A stretch of DNA of 64,000 nt. Source: Sedimentisphaerales bacterium (GTDB lineage Bacteria > Planctomycetota > Phycisphaerae > Sedimentisphaerales > SM23-30). The notes under the pieces are model-generated. The model did not search any database and was not told the DNA's origin. It saw only the letters and a program-made list of their open reading frames with translations. The stretch spans positions 32,001 through 96,000 of the forward strand of contig CAXXFK010000013.1 in NCBI GenBank assembly GCA_963663965.2. The letters are read 5' to 3'. This document shows, piece after piece, positions 1 to 9,139 of the stretch. The position numbers were made by a program, and so were the translations under genes. How positions within the stretch are numbered: the first letter of the stretch is position 1; every line of letters begins with the position of its first letter.

Positions 1-1175
1 TCTTCAAAGGAAAAATCCCCCATACTCAACAGGTCGGCGATGTTGGAAAAACCCAGATAGCTGCCCTGACGATAGTTGATGGTTTTTTCCACCAGGGCCT
101 GGTCGCCTTCGAAAAGGGCGGTTAATACTTCGCGCGGGGCGGTATTGATATTAATCAGGCCGGGTAGGGTTTTGCTGTCGGAAACAGTAATACGGTCGGC
201 GATGTCCATGAACGTCTGGAGGTCGATTGTTTCGGCCCGGTCGGATTCACTGTCAGGGTCGGGATCTTCGGTTTTGGATGGGTCCCGGACGATATCGGCG
301 ATGGTTTTGAACCCGTTGCCGCGATTATCGACGATCCATTTGGCATAGGCTTTCCGCAGGCCGAGACTCTGCTGAAGCTGGTTTTCATCGGCTTGATTGA
401 CATTGATCCTTTCGGAACCCTCGCCGTCGGTATTGGTGTCGTAAGAATAGCAGGTCAGCCAGGCAATAAGGCCCTGATCGAGGATATCATCTTCGTTGTC
501 CTGTGGCGGCGTGATCCGGCCGTCTTGTTCGTTATAATCCAAGATCCCGTTGCGGTTGGTATCTTCACCAAAGAATTGCGAACGGTTGATTCCTTCGATC
601 TGGAGCACTTCGCCTACGGTTTTAAGCGGGGCGTTGCGAATGGCATAAGGATAATCCAGGGCCAGGTAATGTTTGCTCTCGGCGCCACCGGCGGTGATGT
701 TGTTGTCTTCATCGCGCCAGTCCATAATGGCGGCGGCCGCTTCCTGGGACATCCCCGGCAGATTTTGCAGTTGTTCCCGGGTGGCGGTATTGATATTCAG
801 TTTGCCGGCTTCATCGAAAAATTTTACCTTGACCTGACATCCGGAAAGTTCCAGGGTATGGTCTGATGAGTTGGAACTACTATTATCAGCAAGCAGGCCG
901 GTTGAATCGTTCTGATCATATTCACCTTCTGCCCAGGAATCGTTCAAGGTATCGGTTCCATCGGTATCTTCTTTCAGCAGGCACAAGGCGTATTCGATCC
1001 CGGCGCGGAGCGCCCATTTGGCCTGAATGGTCTGTTGTTCATTCTGGCTGAGCAGGGTTTCCTGGCGGGTGTTACGGGCGGTGACCGTGATAATCAAAGC
1101 CAGGATCGCGGTAATCCATAATACCGTGATCAAAGCCATGGCGCGCCGGGAACGGGATGTCAGTTTGCGTTTCAT
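1..1175 (-). CDS. gspK: Type II secretion minor pseudopilin GspK-like protein with HhH motifs (3' end runs off the window)
   Basis: Missing from the ORF track. Manual translation from the ATG at 1175 gives MKRKLTSRSRRAMALITVLWITAILALII...DEAGKLNINTATREQLQNLPGMSQEAAAAIMDWRDED...GAESKHY...RNAPLKTVGEVLQIEGI, which contains GspK motifs (DExGKLNIN, DWRD, GAExxYY-like). It lies directly downstream of gspJ. Confidence 0.9.
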   Translation of the reverse strand, partial: MKRKLTSRSRRAMALITVLWITAILALIITVTARNTRQETLLSQNEQQTIQAKWALRAGIEYALCLLKEDTDGTDTLNDSWAEGEYDQNDSTGLLADNSSSNSSDHTLELSGCQVKVKFFDEAGKLNINTATREQLQNLPGMSQEAAAAIMDWRDEDNNITAGGAESKHYLALDYPYAIRNAPLKTVGEVLQIEGINRSQFFGEDTNRNGILDYNEQDGRITPPQDNEDDILDQGLIAWLTCYSYDTNTDGEGSERINVNQADENQLQQSLGLRKAYAKWIVDNRGNGFKTIADIVRDPSKTEDPDPDSESDRAETIDLQTFMDIADRITVSDSKTLPGLININTAPREVLTALFEGDQALVEKTINYRQGSYLGFSNIADLLSMGDFSFE

Positions 1176-1202
1176 GTTTAGCACTATTGAGACAAAGACC
1201 GG

Positions 1203-2030
1203 TTATCGCCGGCCGCGTCGCCGATTCGAGCGTACTTCGGGACTGTTGTTCCGGTTATTATTCCGGTTATTGTTATTGTTATTGGTATTGTTATCCGCAT
1301 TATTGTTAGTCGTATTATTGTCGGGGGTATTATTGTTATTCTTGTTGTTGCCCGAATTGCCGGTATTTTCCGGCTGGTCGGGCCAGCGGGGAAAATCGAT
1401 GATGGCCGACCGGCTCAGGACATGCCGGCCATCCGCCGTAACGCCGGTGAGTTTAACTTTAACGATGCCGGGCAATTGATTTTTTGATTTGGGCCAGGCG
1501 GTGACCCATTCCTGGAGTTGGGGATCGAAATAAACAATATCAAAACTCCGGATATTACTGTAAAGCACCGACAGCATCCCCCCGGGATTTTTGGTGTTAT
1601 AAGGATTCGGCTGATACCGGCGGACCAGCTTCAGCGGTTCGTCCGGTTGATCTTCATTACCCATGACGAGGTATTCCACTTCGTAGACATCGCCTTCCGG
1701 CTGGAGCATGCGGGCCGGGGTCAGGCTGACAGTGTGAAACCGCAGGGTCGAATAGGGGATTTCTTCTTCACCCAGGGGGGTGGCGCCGCCATAAAACACC
1801 CGCGCGTCCGGGGTCGCTTCACGGTAGATATTCAGCAGATCCTGACGGATTAACTCAATGGCAAATCTCAGGTCCTCGCTGGTCTGGGTATACTGATCGA
1901 TGCGTTCGCGGCCACTGGTGACGCTTTTAACCGAGGTAACCGCGATCAGGGCGATAAACGCCGATATGACCGAAGCGGCCAGCAGTTCGATCAAGGTAAA
2001 GCCAGATTGTCGGATTGAGTATAAACGCAT
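1203..2030 (-). CDS. gspJ: Type II secretion pseudopilin GspJ-like protein with Asn-rich C-terminal tail
   Basis: Class III signal (SG|FTLIELLAA), IRQDL motif, W..AW...LP.V.V C-terminal motif, position in the operon. Confidence 0.8.
   Translation of the reverse strand: MRLYSIRQSGFTLIELLAASVISAFIALIAVTSVKSVTSGRERIDQYTQTSEDLRFAIELIRQDLLNIYREATPDARVFYGGATPLGEEEIPYSTLRFHTVSLTPARMLQPEGDVYEVEYLVMGNEDQPDEPLKLVRRYQPNPYNTKNPGGMLSVLYSNIRSFDIVYFDPQLQEWVTAWPKSKNQLPGIVKVKLTGVTADGRHVLSRSAIIDFPRWPDQPENTGNSGNNKNNNNTPDNNTTNNNADNNTNNNNNNRNNNRNNSPEVRSNRRRGRR
1205..1350 (-). repeat. Low-complexity AAT/AAC-rich tract encoding a poly-Asn tail ending in RRRGRR
   Basis: Translation NNKNNNNTPDNNTTNNNADNNTNNNNNNRNNNRNNSPEVRSNRRRGRR. 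Confidence 0.85.
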
Positions 2031-2032
2031 TG

Positions 2033-2530
2033 TTATTGAGGTTGAAGCATGTTGTCCGGGGTATTAGTGTCTACCGATTCGCCGGTAGGATTGTCTTGGG
2101 AATCAGGAAGCATCAGAGAGGCGGCGGATTCATCGTAGAGGATGGTCGAGGCGGTGATGATCCGATTTTTTTTATTCCAATGCCAGCCGAGGGTCAGATC
2201 GATTCGGAACAGGCCTGAATAAGTAGCATCTTCCTGGACCTGGATTCGCCATTGATAGAGTCTGATCTGGCCGTTGTCATCGGTATATTCGACTTCGCCG
2301 GAGGTCTGGCCCATGGCAAGAAACTGGGTCAATCCCATCTGGGTAATCGTGGTCATCTGTTCATCAAAAATCTGCCAGGCCAGCAGGGAATCGTTATTAG
2401 CCCGGATCTGCCAGAGTGTTTTGCTGCTGATCGCGCCAATCAGCGCCACCGTTGTGCAGAGCACCACACTGGATGCCAGCGCTTCGATCAGGGTGAAGCC
2501 GCGGGATTTATGTAAGCAGAAATCGTTCAT
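2033..2530 (-). CDS. gspI: Pseudopilin GspI-like (prepilin N-terminal cleavage/methylation motif)
   Basis: RG|FTLIEAL N-terminus; lies between gspH and gspJ. Confidence 0.7.
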   Translation of the reverse strand: MNDFCLHKSRGFTLIEALASSVVLCTTVALIGAISSKTLWQIRANNDSLLAWQIFDEQMTTITQMGLTQFLAMGQTSGEVEYTDDNGQIRLYQWRIQVQEDATYSGLFRIDLTLGWHWNKKNRIITASTILYDESAASLMLPDSQDNPTGESVDTNTPDNMLQPQ

Positions 2531-3138
2531 GAAGCAAGATCCAGATCGATAATGGATTGTTCCAGTTGGTCTACGGCGCCATTGTGAATGCGAGGACGGG
2601 CGTTGCCCGGTTCAATGGTCAGGGTATAGCTTTTTTTCCCATTGGTGATCGAAATCAACGCGGCATCGGCGGAACCATCGGGCAGGTACGAGATTACTTT
2701 TTGAGATTGAGTTTCGTCGGCGTTGTTGTCATGATTAGCGTCTTCGCGGCTGTCGTATGTGGCAGCCAGTTCGAAAGACATAATCTGGATATTATCTAAC
2801 GATATCGAGGCGGGAAGCTCAATGGGTTTACAGTAACGGTCTTTGACGATGACTTGCCGGACCTGGCCGGTGGTCTGGTCGACGGATTGGAGATTCAGGT
2901 AGATTTGCCGTTTTTCTGTGTCGAGAATCAATTTACAGGGCGCGTGCCGGTTGATGGCCAGATAGCGGGCATAGCGGGCGAGATTATAAAACCGGCGCGC
3001 GGTCGCTTCCAGATTACGCGCCTGGTAGCGTTTGATGCCGGTTACGCCGATCATGCCGGCCAGCATCGCGATCAGGACGGTGACCGCGACCAGCTCGAGC
3101 AGGGTAAAGCCTGAATTGTTCCGGTGGATACTTTTCAT
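2527..3138 (-). CDS. gspH: Pseudopilin GspH/FimT-like
   Basis: SG|FTLLELVAV, ARYARYLAI helix, YLPDGSAD motif; overlaps its neighbours by 4 nt (translational coupling). Confidence 0.8.
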   Translation of the reverse strand: MKSIHRNNSGFTLLELVAVTVLIAMLAGMIGVTGIKRYQARNLEATARRFYNLARYARYLAINRHAPCKLILDTEKRQIYLNLQSVDQTTGQVRQVIVKDRYCKPIELPASISLDNIQIMSFELAATYDSREDANHDNNADETQSQKVISYLPDGSADAALISITNGKKSYTLTIEPGNARPRIHNGAVDQLEQSIIDLDLAS

Positions 3139-3560
3139 TCGTTGGTAATATCGGCGTTAATTCCTTCGCCATCGGGCGATCCATCAGCGCCGTAGCAGAT
3201 GATGTCAAATGAGCCCTGATTTAAAGTCCCTTCGGCCACGTAGAGATAAGGCCGCCCCCAGGGATCCAGGATCTGTTTGTTTTTGAGGTAGGGGCCATCC
3301 CATTTGCCTTCTTCCAGGTCCGTGGGCGCCGTGACCAGGGCATTGAGGCCTTCTTCCTGGGTGGGATAGCGGTCACAATCATAGGCGAACTCTTCCAGGG
3401 CTTTTTCTACCAGGGCGATTCCGGCGGTGGCCATGTTGAATTTGGCTTTGCCAAATCGTTTGAAAACTTTGGGCGCGACAAAGACACCCAGCATGGCGAT
3501 AATCAAGACGACTACCATAATTTCAATCAGGGTAAAGCCTTTTTGACGTTTTTTAATCAT
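3135..3560 (-). CDS. gspG: Type II secretion major pseudopilin GspG
   Basis: KG|FTLIEIMVVVLII, YPTQEEGLNAL, WDGPYL, DPWGRPYLY, YGADG..GEG.NADI. Confidence 0.95.
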   Translation of the reverse strand: MIKKRQKGFTLIEIMVVVLIIAMLGVFVAPKVFKRFGKAKFNMATAGIALVEKALEEFAYDCDRYPTQEEGLNALVTAPTDLEEGKWDGPYLKNKQILDPWGRPYLYVAEGTLNQGSFDIICYGADGSPDGEGINADITNE

Positions 3561-3594
3561 ATGTTAAACTCCTGTCAGGGTAAAAAATTTAAAA

Positions 3595-4851
3595 TTAACC
3601 GGCGCCCAGATCCATGGACATGATCGGCAACAAGATTCCAATGACAATAAATCCGACCACGGCGGCCAGTAACATAACCAGGATGCCGGGCAGAATCGCT
3701 GTGAATCGGGTGATAGCGCTGTCGGCTTCTTCATCGAAGGTCGTGGCGGCGTCCAGCAGCATTTCATCCAGTTTGCCGGTTTGTTCGCCTACTGAGACAA
3801 TCTGGACCAGCAGGGGCGGAAAGATTCCGGAACGGGCCAGCGGTTCTGCCAGCGGATCACCCCCGCGAACGGCATTCATGACGTTGTCGATTTCTCGCGA
3901 GAGCTGTTCATTGCCCAGGGTGCCGCGCACGACGGTGAGCGCTTCCAGAATCGTGATCCCGCCATGGGTGAGTGACCCGAGGGTTCGCGCAAAACGACCC
4001 ACGGCCACCGTCCGCAACACCTGTCCCAATACGGGCACCAGTAATTTAAAGCGGTCCCAGGTGTAGCGTCCGGAAGCCGTGGATATCCAATATCTAAAAC
4101 CGACGACCGTCAGAATGATTCCAATTAAAATCGCCCAGCCGTAATGTTCGCTGACATTACTTACCAGCATGAGTACCCGGGTGGGCCAGGGTAACAGCGC
4201 TTCGTTATCCGTTATAGAGGTAATAATACGGGGCAGGACAAAGGTAGTGAGGATATAGACCGAGATCATGCCAACGACCAGAACAAAAAGAGGATAGGTT
4301 GACGCGCTGCGGATATTTGAACGGATCTGGTTTTCGCGTTTGAGCAGCGAGGCCAGTTGCCCGGTGGTTTCCTGGAGGATGCCGCCGGTTTCCCCCACCT
4401 GGATCATGGCCAGATACAATGGGCTGAAAAATTTCGGATGTTTTTTCATGGCTTCAGAAAGCGAATCACCCGAACTGACATCGTGCTGCAACTGTAAGAG
4501 AATCTGTTTAATGTTGGGTTTGGAGATCTGTTTTTCGATCACCTTGAGACATTCCATGATGGGCAGGCCGGCCTGGAGCGCCGTGTGCAATTGCGCCGTC
4601 ATGGTCTGGATGTCTTTGCGGGTGATATTGCCGGATAACTTGCCGGAGGGCAGTGCGAACCGGGATTGTGCGCTATCTGTTTTGTACGCCGGACCGGGTG
4701 AAGAAACCATGACTTGCCCATGCGGGGCGATGCTGGTGGCGTAATACCCTTTGTCTTTCAAGGTCAAGATCGCGGCTTTACGATCGAGGGCGTCAATCGT
4801 ACCGGAAATCGTTTTGCCTCTATTGTCGATACCCTGGTAAATAAATTCCAT
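3595..4851 (-). CDS. gspF: Type II secretion inner-membrane platform protein GspF/PilC
   Basis: Two T2SSF domains (GETGGIL; VGEQTGKLDEML), YPLFVLVV transmembrane segment. Confidence 0.95.
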   Translation of the reverse strand: MEFIYQGIDNRGKTISGTIDALDRKAAILTLKDKGYYATSIAPHGQVMVSSPGPAYKTDSAQSRFALPSGKLSGNITRKDIQTMTAQLHTALQAGLPIMECLKVIEKQISKPNIKQILLQLQHDVSSGDSLSEAMKKHPKFFSPLYLAMIQVGETGGILQETTGQLASLLKRENQIRSNIRSASTYPLFVLVVGMISVYILTTFVLPRIITSITDNEALLPWPTRVLMLVSNVSEHYGWAILIGIILTVVGFRYWISTASGRYTWDRFKLLVPVLGQVLRTVAVGRFARTLGSLTHGGITILEALTVVRGTLGNEQLSREIDNVMNAVRGGDPLAEPLARSGIFPPLLVQIVSVGEQTGKLDEMLLDAATTFDEEADSAITRFTAILPGILVMLLAAVVGFIVIGILLPIMSMDLGAG

Positions 4852-4905
4852 TACTTCCGCAAAGTCCCTTCTGGCTAGTATCCTCTAGGCGAGTGTTTTG
4901 GATGA

Positions 4906-6615
4906 TTATTCGCCTTGTTCTTCGTTTTCCTGAGTGGCTCGCAATACTTCCTGCGGAGTGGTTAATCCCTGAAGGATTTTCAGAATGCCATCATGGCGCA
5001 TGCTGTGGTAATCGGCGGGTGCGTTTCGAACGATTTGTTCGGCGGTGGGACGACTGCTGATCAGTTGACGTAATTTGTCGCTGATATGGAGAATTTCGAA
5101 AATGCCGGTCCGGCCGCGCAAACCGCTTTGCATACACTGATCGCAACCCTGGCCCCGGTAGAACAGGGCGTCCGAGGCAATGGAAATCGAGTTATGCAGG
5201 CTGAGCCGCAGACTGTCGTCCGGATGATAGGATTCTTTGCATTTGGCGCAGATTTTCCGCACCAGTCGCTGGGCCAATACGGTTTCCAGTGAACTGGCCA
5301 GCAGAAATGGCTCGACTCCCATATCGATCAAGCGGGTAATGGCTCCGGCGGCGTTATTCGTATGTAAGGTGGAAAAGACCAGGTGGCCGGTCATGGCGGC
5401 CCGGATAGCGATATCAGCCGTTTCGCGGTCGCGAATTTCACCTACCATGATGACGTCGGGATCCTGGCGTAAGATATGGCGAAGTCCGGTCGCAAAACTC
5501 AATCCGCGTTTGGGATTGACCGGCATCTGGATGATGCCGTTTAATTGATATTCAACCGGATCTTCGATCGTAATAATTTTCAGTTCCGGTTTGTAAATCG
5601 TATTGAGCGCCGCATACAGCGTGGTCGTTTTGCCGCTTCCGGTCGGTCCGGTTACCAGTATAATGCCATGGCTGAGATGAAGGGTTCGGTTAAACATGGC
5701 CATATTGTTATGGTCCATGCCCAGTTCGGTCAAACCCAGCAGGGCGGTCGATTTATCCAGCAGGCGCATGGTGATGGATTCGCCATAGATGGTCGGGACC
5801 GTCGAGACGCGGATATCCACTTTGCCTTTGGGACCGGCAAATTCGATGTGTCCATCCTGCGGCACAAACCGCTCGGCAATGTTCATATTGCCCATGATCT
5901 TGATACGGGAAATAATGGCGGCCTGCAATTTTTTGGGTGAGGGCGATTTTTCCACGAGGGCGCCATCGATCCGGTATTTGATTTTGAGCCGGTCTTCGAA
6001 CGGTTCAATATGGACATCGCTGGCGCGGGCGTCGATGGCTTCAAGCACAACTAAATTCACCAGGTTGACCAGGGAGGGTTGGCGGGCCAGTTCATGCAAC
6101 TGGGCGGCGGACATGTCATCATTTTGCGAGATTTCGGCCTGTTCTTCCGGCACCAGATCATCCAGCATGCGTGAGACATTACTGCCATAATATTTCTGAA
6201 CAAGCTGTTCCAGATCGGTCGGATGGCAATAAAAACGTTGTATAGAACACCCGGTAATGGCCCGCAGTTCGTTCAAGGCCAGGGTGTCGAATGGATTGGC
6301 GAAGGCGGCAGCAATGGTTCCATCTAGTTGATGCAAGGGCATGAGGTTATGGCGGCCGGCCAGGTCGGCAGAGATCTTATTTAATACCATGGGCTCTGGG
6401 TGGATATCCGTCATTTTAAGGCGCTTGATCCCGGCCTGATAGCATAACGCTTCAATCAGCTGGTTTTCGTCAATATATCCCAGTTCGAGCAGGATCTGTC
6501 CCAGACGCAGTTGGCGATCCGTCTGGGTTCGCAGAGCGTCTTCCAGTTGCTGGTGGTCGATATATTGACGATCACATAGCAACATGCCTAATAGCGGTTT
6601 TTCGGATTTAATCAT
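4906..6615 (-). CDS. gspE: Type II secretion ATPase GspE/PilB with N-terminal MshEN-like domain
   Basis: ASDVHIEP, Walker A GPTGSGKTT, TIEDPVE, LRQDPDVIMVGEIRD, His box TGHLVFSTLHTN, CxxC..CxxC. Confidence 0.95.
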   Translation of the reverse strand: MIKSEKPLLGMLLCDRQYIDHQQLEDALRTQTDRQLRLGQILLELGYIDENQLIEALCYQAGIKRLKMTDIHPEPMVLNKISADLAGRHNLMPLHQLDGTIAAAFANPFDTLALNELRAITGCSIQRFYCHPTDLEQLVQKYYGSNVSRMLDDLVPEEQAEISQNDDMSAAQLHELARQPSLVNLVNLVVLEAIDARASDVHIEPFEDRLKIKYRIDGALVEKSPSPKKLQAAIISRIKIMGNMNIAERFVPQDGHIEFAGPKGKVDIRVSTVPTIYGESITMRLLDKSTALLGLTELGMDHNNMAMFNRTLHLSHGIILVTGPTGSGKTTTLYAALNTIYKPELKIITIEDPVEYQLNGIIQMPVNPKRGLSFATGLRHILRQDPDVIMVGEIRDRETADIAIRAAMTGHLVFSTLHTNNAAGAITRLIDMGVEPFLLASSLETVLAQRLVRKICAKCKESYHPDDSLRLSLHNSISIASDALFYRGQGCDQCMQSGLRGRTGIFEILHISDKLRQLISSRPTAEQIVRNAPADYHSMRHDGILKILQGLTTPQEVLRATQENEEQGE

Positions 6616-7064
6616 GGTAGTTTTCTAAAGTCTAGGATGTAGTGATGGAAAAGAGGCCACTGGGCAGGAGAAGGAGAAACAAATCAATTATTAACTATGA
6701 CGAATCAAACTTATATTTGTTACATAATTTGTAATTATTTTTATAATGCATTAGTCCTGCATGGGATATCTTATCATTGTCTTAAATCCTTATGACGTCA
6801 ATAAATATTAAGCGTAAGGCGTCATGTTTTACTGTAGTTTTACATCTGTAGAGTTTATTCCATAGGAGTCAAGATCCGGGTAAGAGAACGCGGCAAATAT
6901 TAATTTGATGATATTGATGAATCCATCTGCAAAGATAATTTCCTATTTTACCTGTTTTGACGCATGGTTTTTTGTATTGTTTTTAGTTTCATTTGTCTTT
7001 AGGATAGTTTTATTGGTTTTTCAGGCCAAAATCTTTGTAACTAATTTAATTGGAACAAGATACG

Positions 7065-8486
7065 ATGAACAGGCGTGAATTTGTGCAAACACTGGGACTG
7101 GGGATGGTTACCGGGCTGACGATCAATCCATCTTTGCAGGCTCAATCAACCACCAGTCGCTTACCGAATATCATCTATATCCTGGCGGATGATCTTGGCT
7201 ATGGGGATCTGGGCTGTTATGGCCAGCAAAAGATCAAAACGCCGAATCTGGATCAGATGGCCCGTGACGGGATGCGGTTTACCAATCATTATGCCGGCTC
7301 AACGGTATGCGCCCCATCACGTTGTTCCCTGATGACCGGTTATCATACCGGGCATACCTTTATCCGGGGGAATAAAGAAATCCAGCCGGAAGGTCAGTAT
7401 CCGATTCCGGGTGAAACGAAAACTCTGGCTAAATTGATGAAACAGGCTGGATATGTCACCGGTTGTATCGGGAAATGGGGTTTGGGCAGCCCGGGGTCAG
7501 AGGGGGATCCGCTAAAACAGGGATTCGATTTTTTTTATGGCTACAATTGTCAGCGGCATGCCCATTCGTATTATCCGGAATATCTCTGGCGGAATGATCG
7601 AAAAGTTTCGTTAAAAGGCAATGAAAACGGCCAGAAGAATACCTATAGTCATGATCTTTTGGCTCGTGAAGCGCTTAATTTTATGCTGGCCAATTCCAAC
7701 CGGCCATTTTTTCTGTATTTGCCTTTTACAATTCCGCATGCTGAAATTCAGGTACCGGAGGATTCTTACCGGGACTATGAAGGGGCGTTTCCAGAAAAGC
7801 CCTTCATTAACAAAAGCGGAGGGGGGTATGACACCCAGATGAACCCCAGGGCGACCATGGCGGGAATGATTACGAGGATGGACCGAGACATTGGCAAAAT
7901 CTTTGATCTGTTAAAGAGGCTGGATCTGGATGAAAATACCCTGGTTATTTTTACCAGTGATAACGGTCCGCATAAAGAGGGCGGAATTGGCGAAGTAGAT
8001 TTTTTTGCCAGCAATGGTCCATTCAAAGGCGCCAAGCGTGATCTGTATGAGGGGGGGATCCGGGTGCCGATGATCGCGCGCTGGCCCGGAACGATTAAAG
8101 CCGGAACCGTGAGCGATTATGTTTCGGCTTTCTGGGATGTCCTGCCAACCCTGGCGGAACTGGGCGGGATCGAAGCACCGGCCGGTATCGACGGGATATC
8201 CTTTTTACCCACCTTGATGGGTAAATCACAACCCGGCCATCCTTATCTTTACTGGGAATTCCATGAAATGGGTGGCCGCCAGGCCGTGCGGATGGATAAC
8301 TGGAAAGGAATTCGGCAGGATGTCTTCAGCAAGCCGGAAAGTCCGATCGAATTATATGATCTAAAAGATGATCCCGGCGAAACGGAGAATGTCGCCGCCG
8401 ACCATCCCCAGGTTGTCCAGAAAATTGATCGGATCATGGCAGAGGCTCATGTGGAATCCTCTATTTTCCCATTTCGAAAAAAATGA
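7065..8486 (+). CDS. Formylglycine-dependent (S1) arylsulfatase with Tat signal
   Basis: MNRREF twin-arginine signal, PNIIYILADDLGYGD, CAPSRCSLMTG signature, GKWGLG, SDNGP, LYEGGIRVP. Start placed at the ATG at 7065 rather than the TTG at 7050. Confidence 0.93.
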   Translation: MNRREFVQTLGLGMVTGLTINPSLQAQSTTSRLPNIIYILADDLGYGDLGCYGQQKIKTPNLDQMARDGMRFTNHYAGSTVCAPSRCSLMTGYHTGHTFIRGNKEIQPEGQYPIPGETKTLAKLMKQAGYVTGCIGKWGLGSPGSEGDPLKQGFDFFYGYNCQRHAHSYYPEYLWRNDRKVSLKGNENGQKNTYSHDLLAREALNFMLANSNRPFFLYLPFTIPHAEIQVPEDSYRDYEGAFPEKPFINKSGGGYDTQMNPRATMAGMITRMDRDIGKIFDLLKRLDLDENTLVIFTSDNGPHKEGGIGEVDFFASNGPFKGAKRDLYEGGIRVPMIARWPGTIKAGTVSDYVSAFWDVLPTLAELGGIEAPAGIDGISFLPTLMGKSQPGHPYLYWEFHEMGGRQAVRMDNWKGIRQDVFSKPESPIELYDLKDDPGETENVAADHPQVVQKIDRIMAEAHVESSIFPFRKK

Positions 8487-8518
8487 TCCAACAATAGCAA
8501 GTAACAGAGCTGCCTTAC

Positions 8519-9139
8519 ATGCGTATTATAGCAGGTTCCAAAGCACGATTTAAGTTGATTCCACCCAAGGATCGCACCACCCGGCCGATTACTGATCGGG
8601 TCAAAGAGTCATTATTTTCCATTCTTTATCCGTATCTGGAAGGCGCGATAGTCGCCGATATTTTTTGCGGGACCGGATCACTGGGGTTGGAGGCAGTGAG
8701 TCGCGGAGCGCGTCATGCCATCCTGGTTGACCAGGATTTTGATGCGATTAACCGCCTGAAACAGAATATTTCGCATCTGCAATTTTATGAGCAGACAACG
8801 ATCCGTAAACTGGACGCGTACCGATTCGGGATTCCCAGGATGGAACATATTCCCAGGCCGGTCGATCTGGTCTTTATCGATCCGCCGTTTGCCCATTTAC
8901 GAGACACCTCGGAACACTCGCGGCTGGCGAAGTTAATGCGTAAACTGGCTGCTCAGGTGGCAGACGAAGCCCTGGCGGTTATCCGGCATGAAGCCCGGGT
9001 CATTTTGCCGGAAAGTTTTACCGGCTGGCAGCAAAGTGACCGGCGCGATTATGGCAGTATGGCCATCACTTTTTATACCCAAATCCCCCAACTAAAATCC
9101 ATTGAGGAGCCGCAGGATGAAGAGCCCCGGCCCCTTTAA
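8519..9139 (+). CDS. rsmD: 16S rRNA m2G966 methyltransferase RsmD
   Basis: MRIIAG, TRPITDRVKESLF, DIFCGTGSLGLEAVSRGA, FIDPPF. Confidence 0.92.
   Translation: MRIIAGSKARFKLIPPKDRTTRPITDRVKESLFSILYPYLEGAIVADIFCGTGSLGLEAVSRGARHAILVDQDFDAINRLKQNISHLQFYEQTTIRKLDAYRFGIPRMEHIPRPVDLVFIDPPFAHLRDTSEHSRLAKLMRKLAAQVADEALAVIRHEARVILPESFTGWQQSDRRDYGSMAITFYTQIPQLKSIEEPQDEEPRPL

Noticed and set aside
76..1479. Several short ORFs in the track (76-348, 155-403, 393-866, 866-1051, 1027-1479)
   Set aside because: All overlap the real minus-strand gspK/gspJ; gspK was missed by the track because it has no stop codon inside the window
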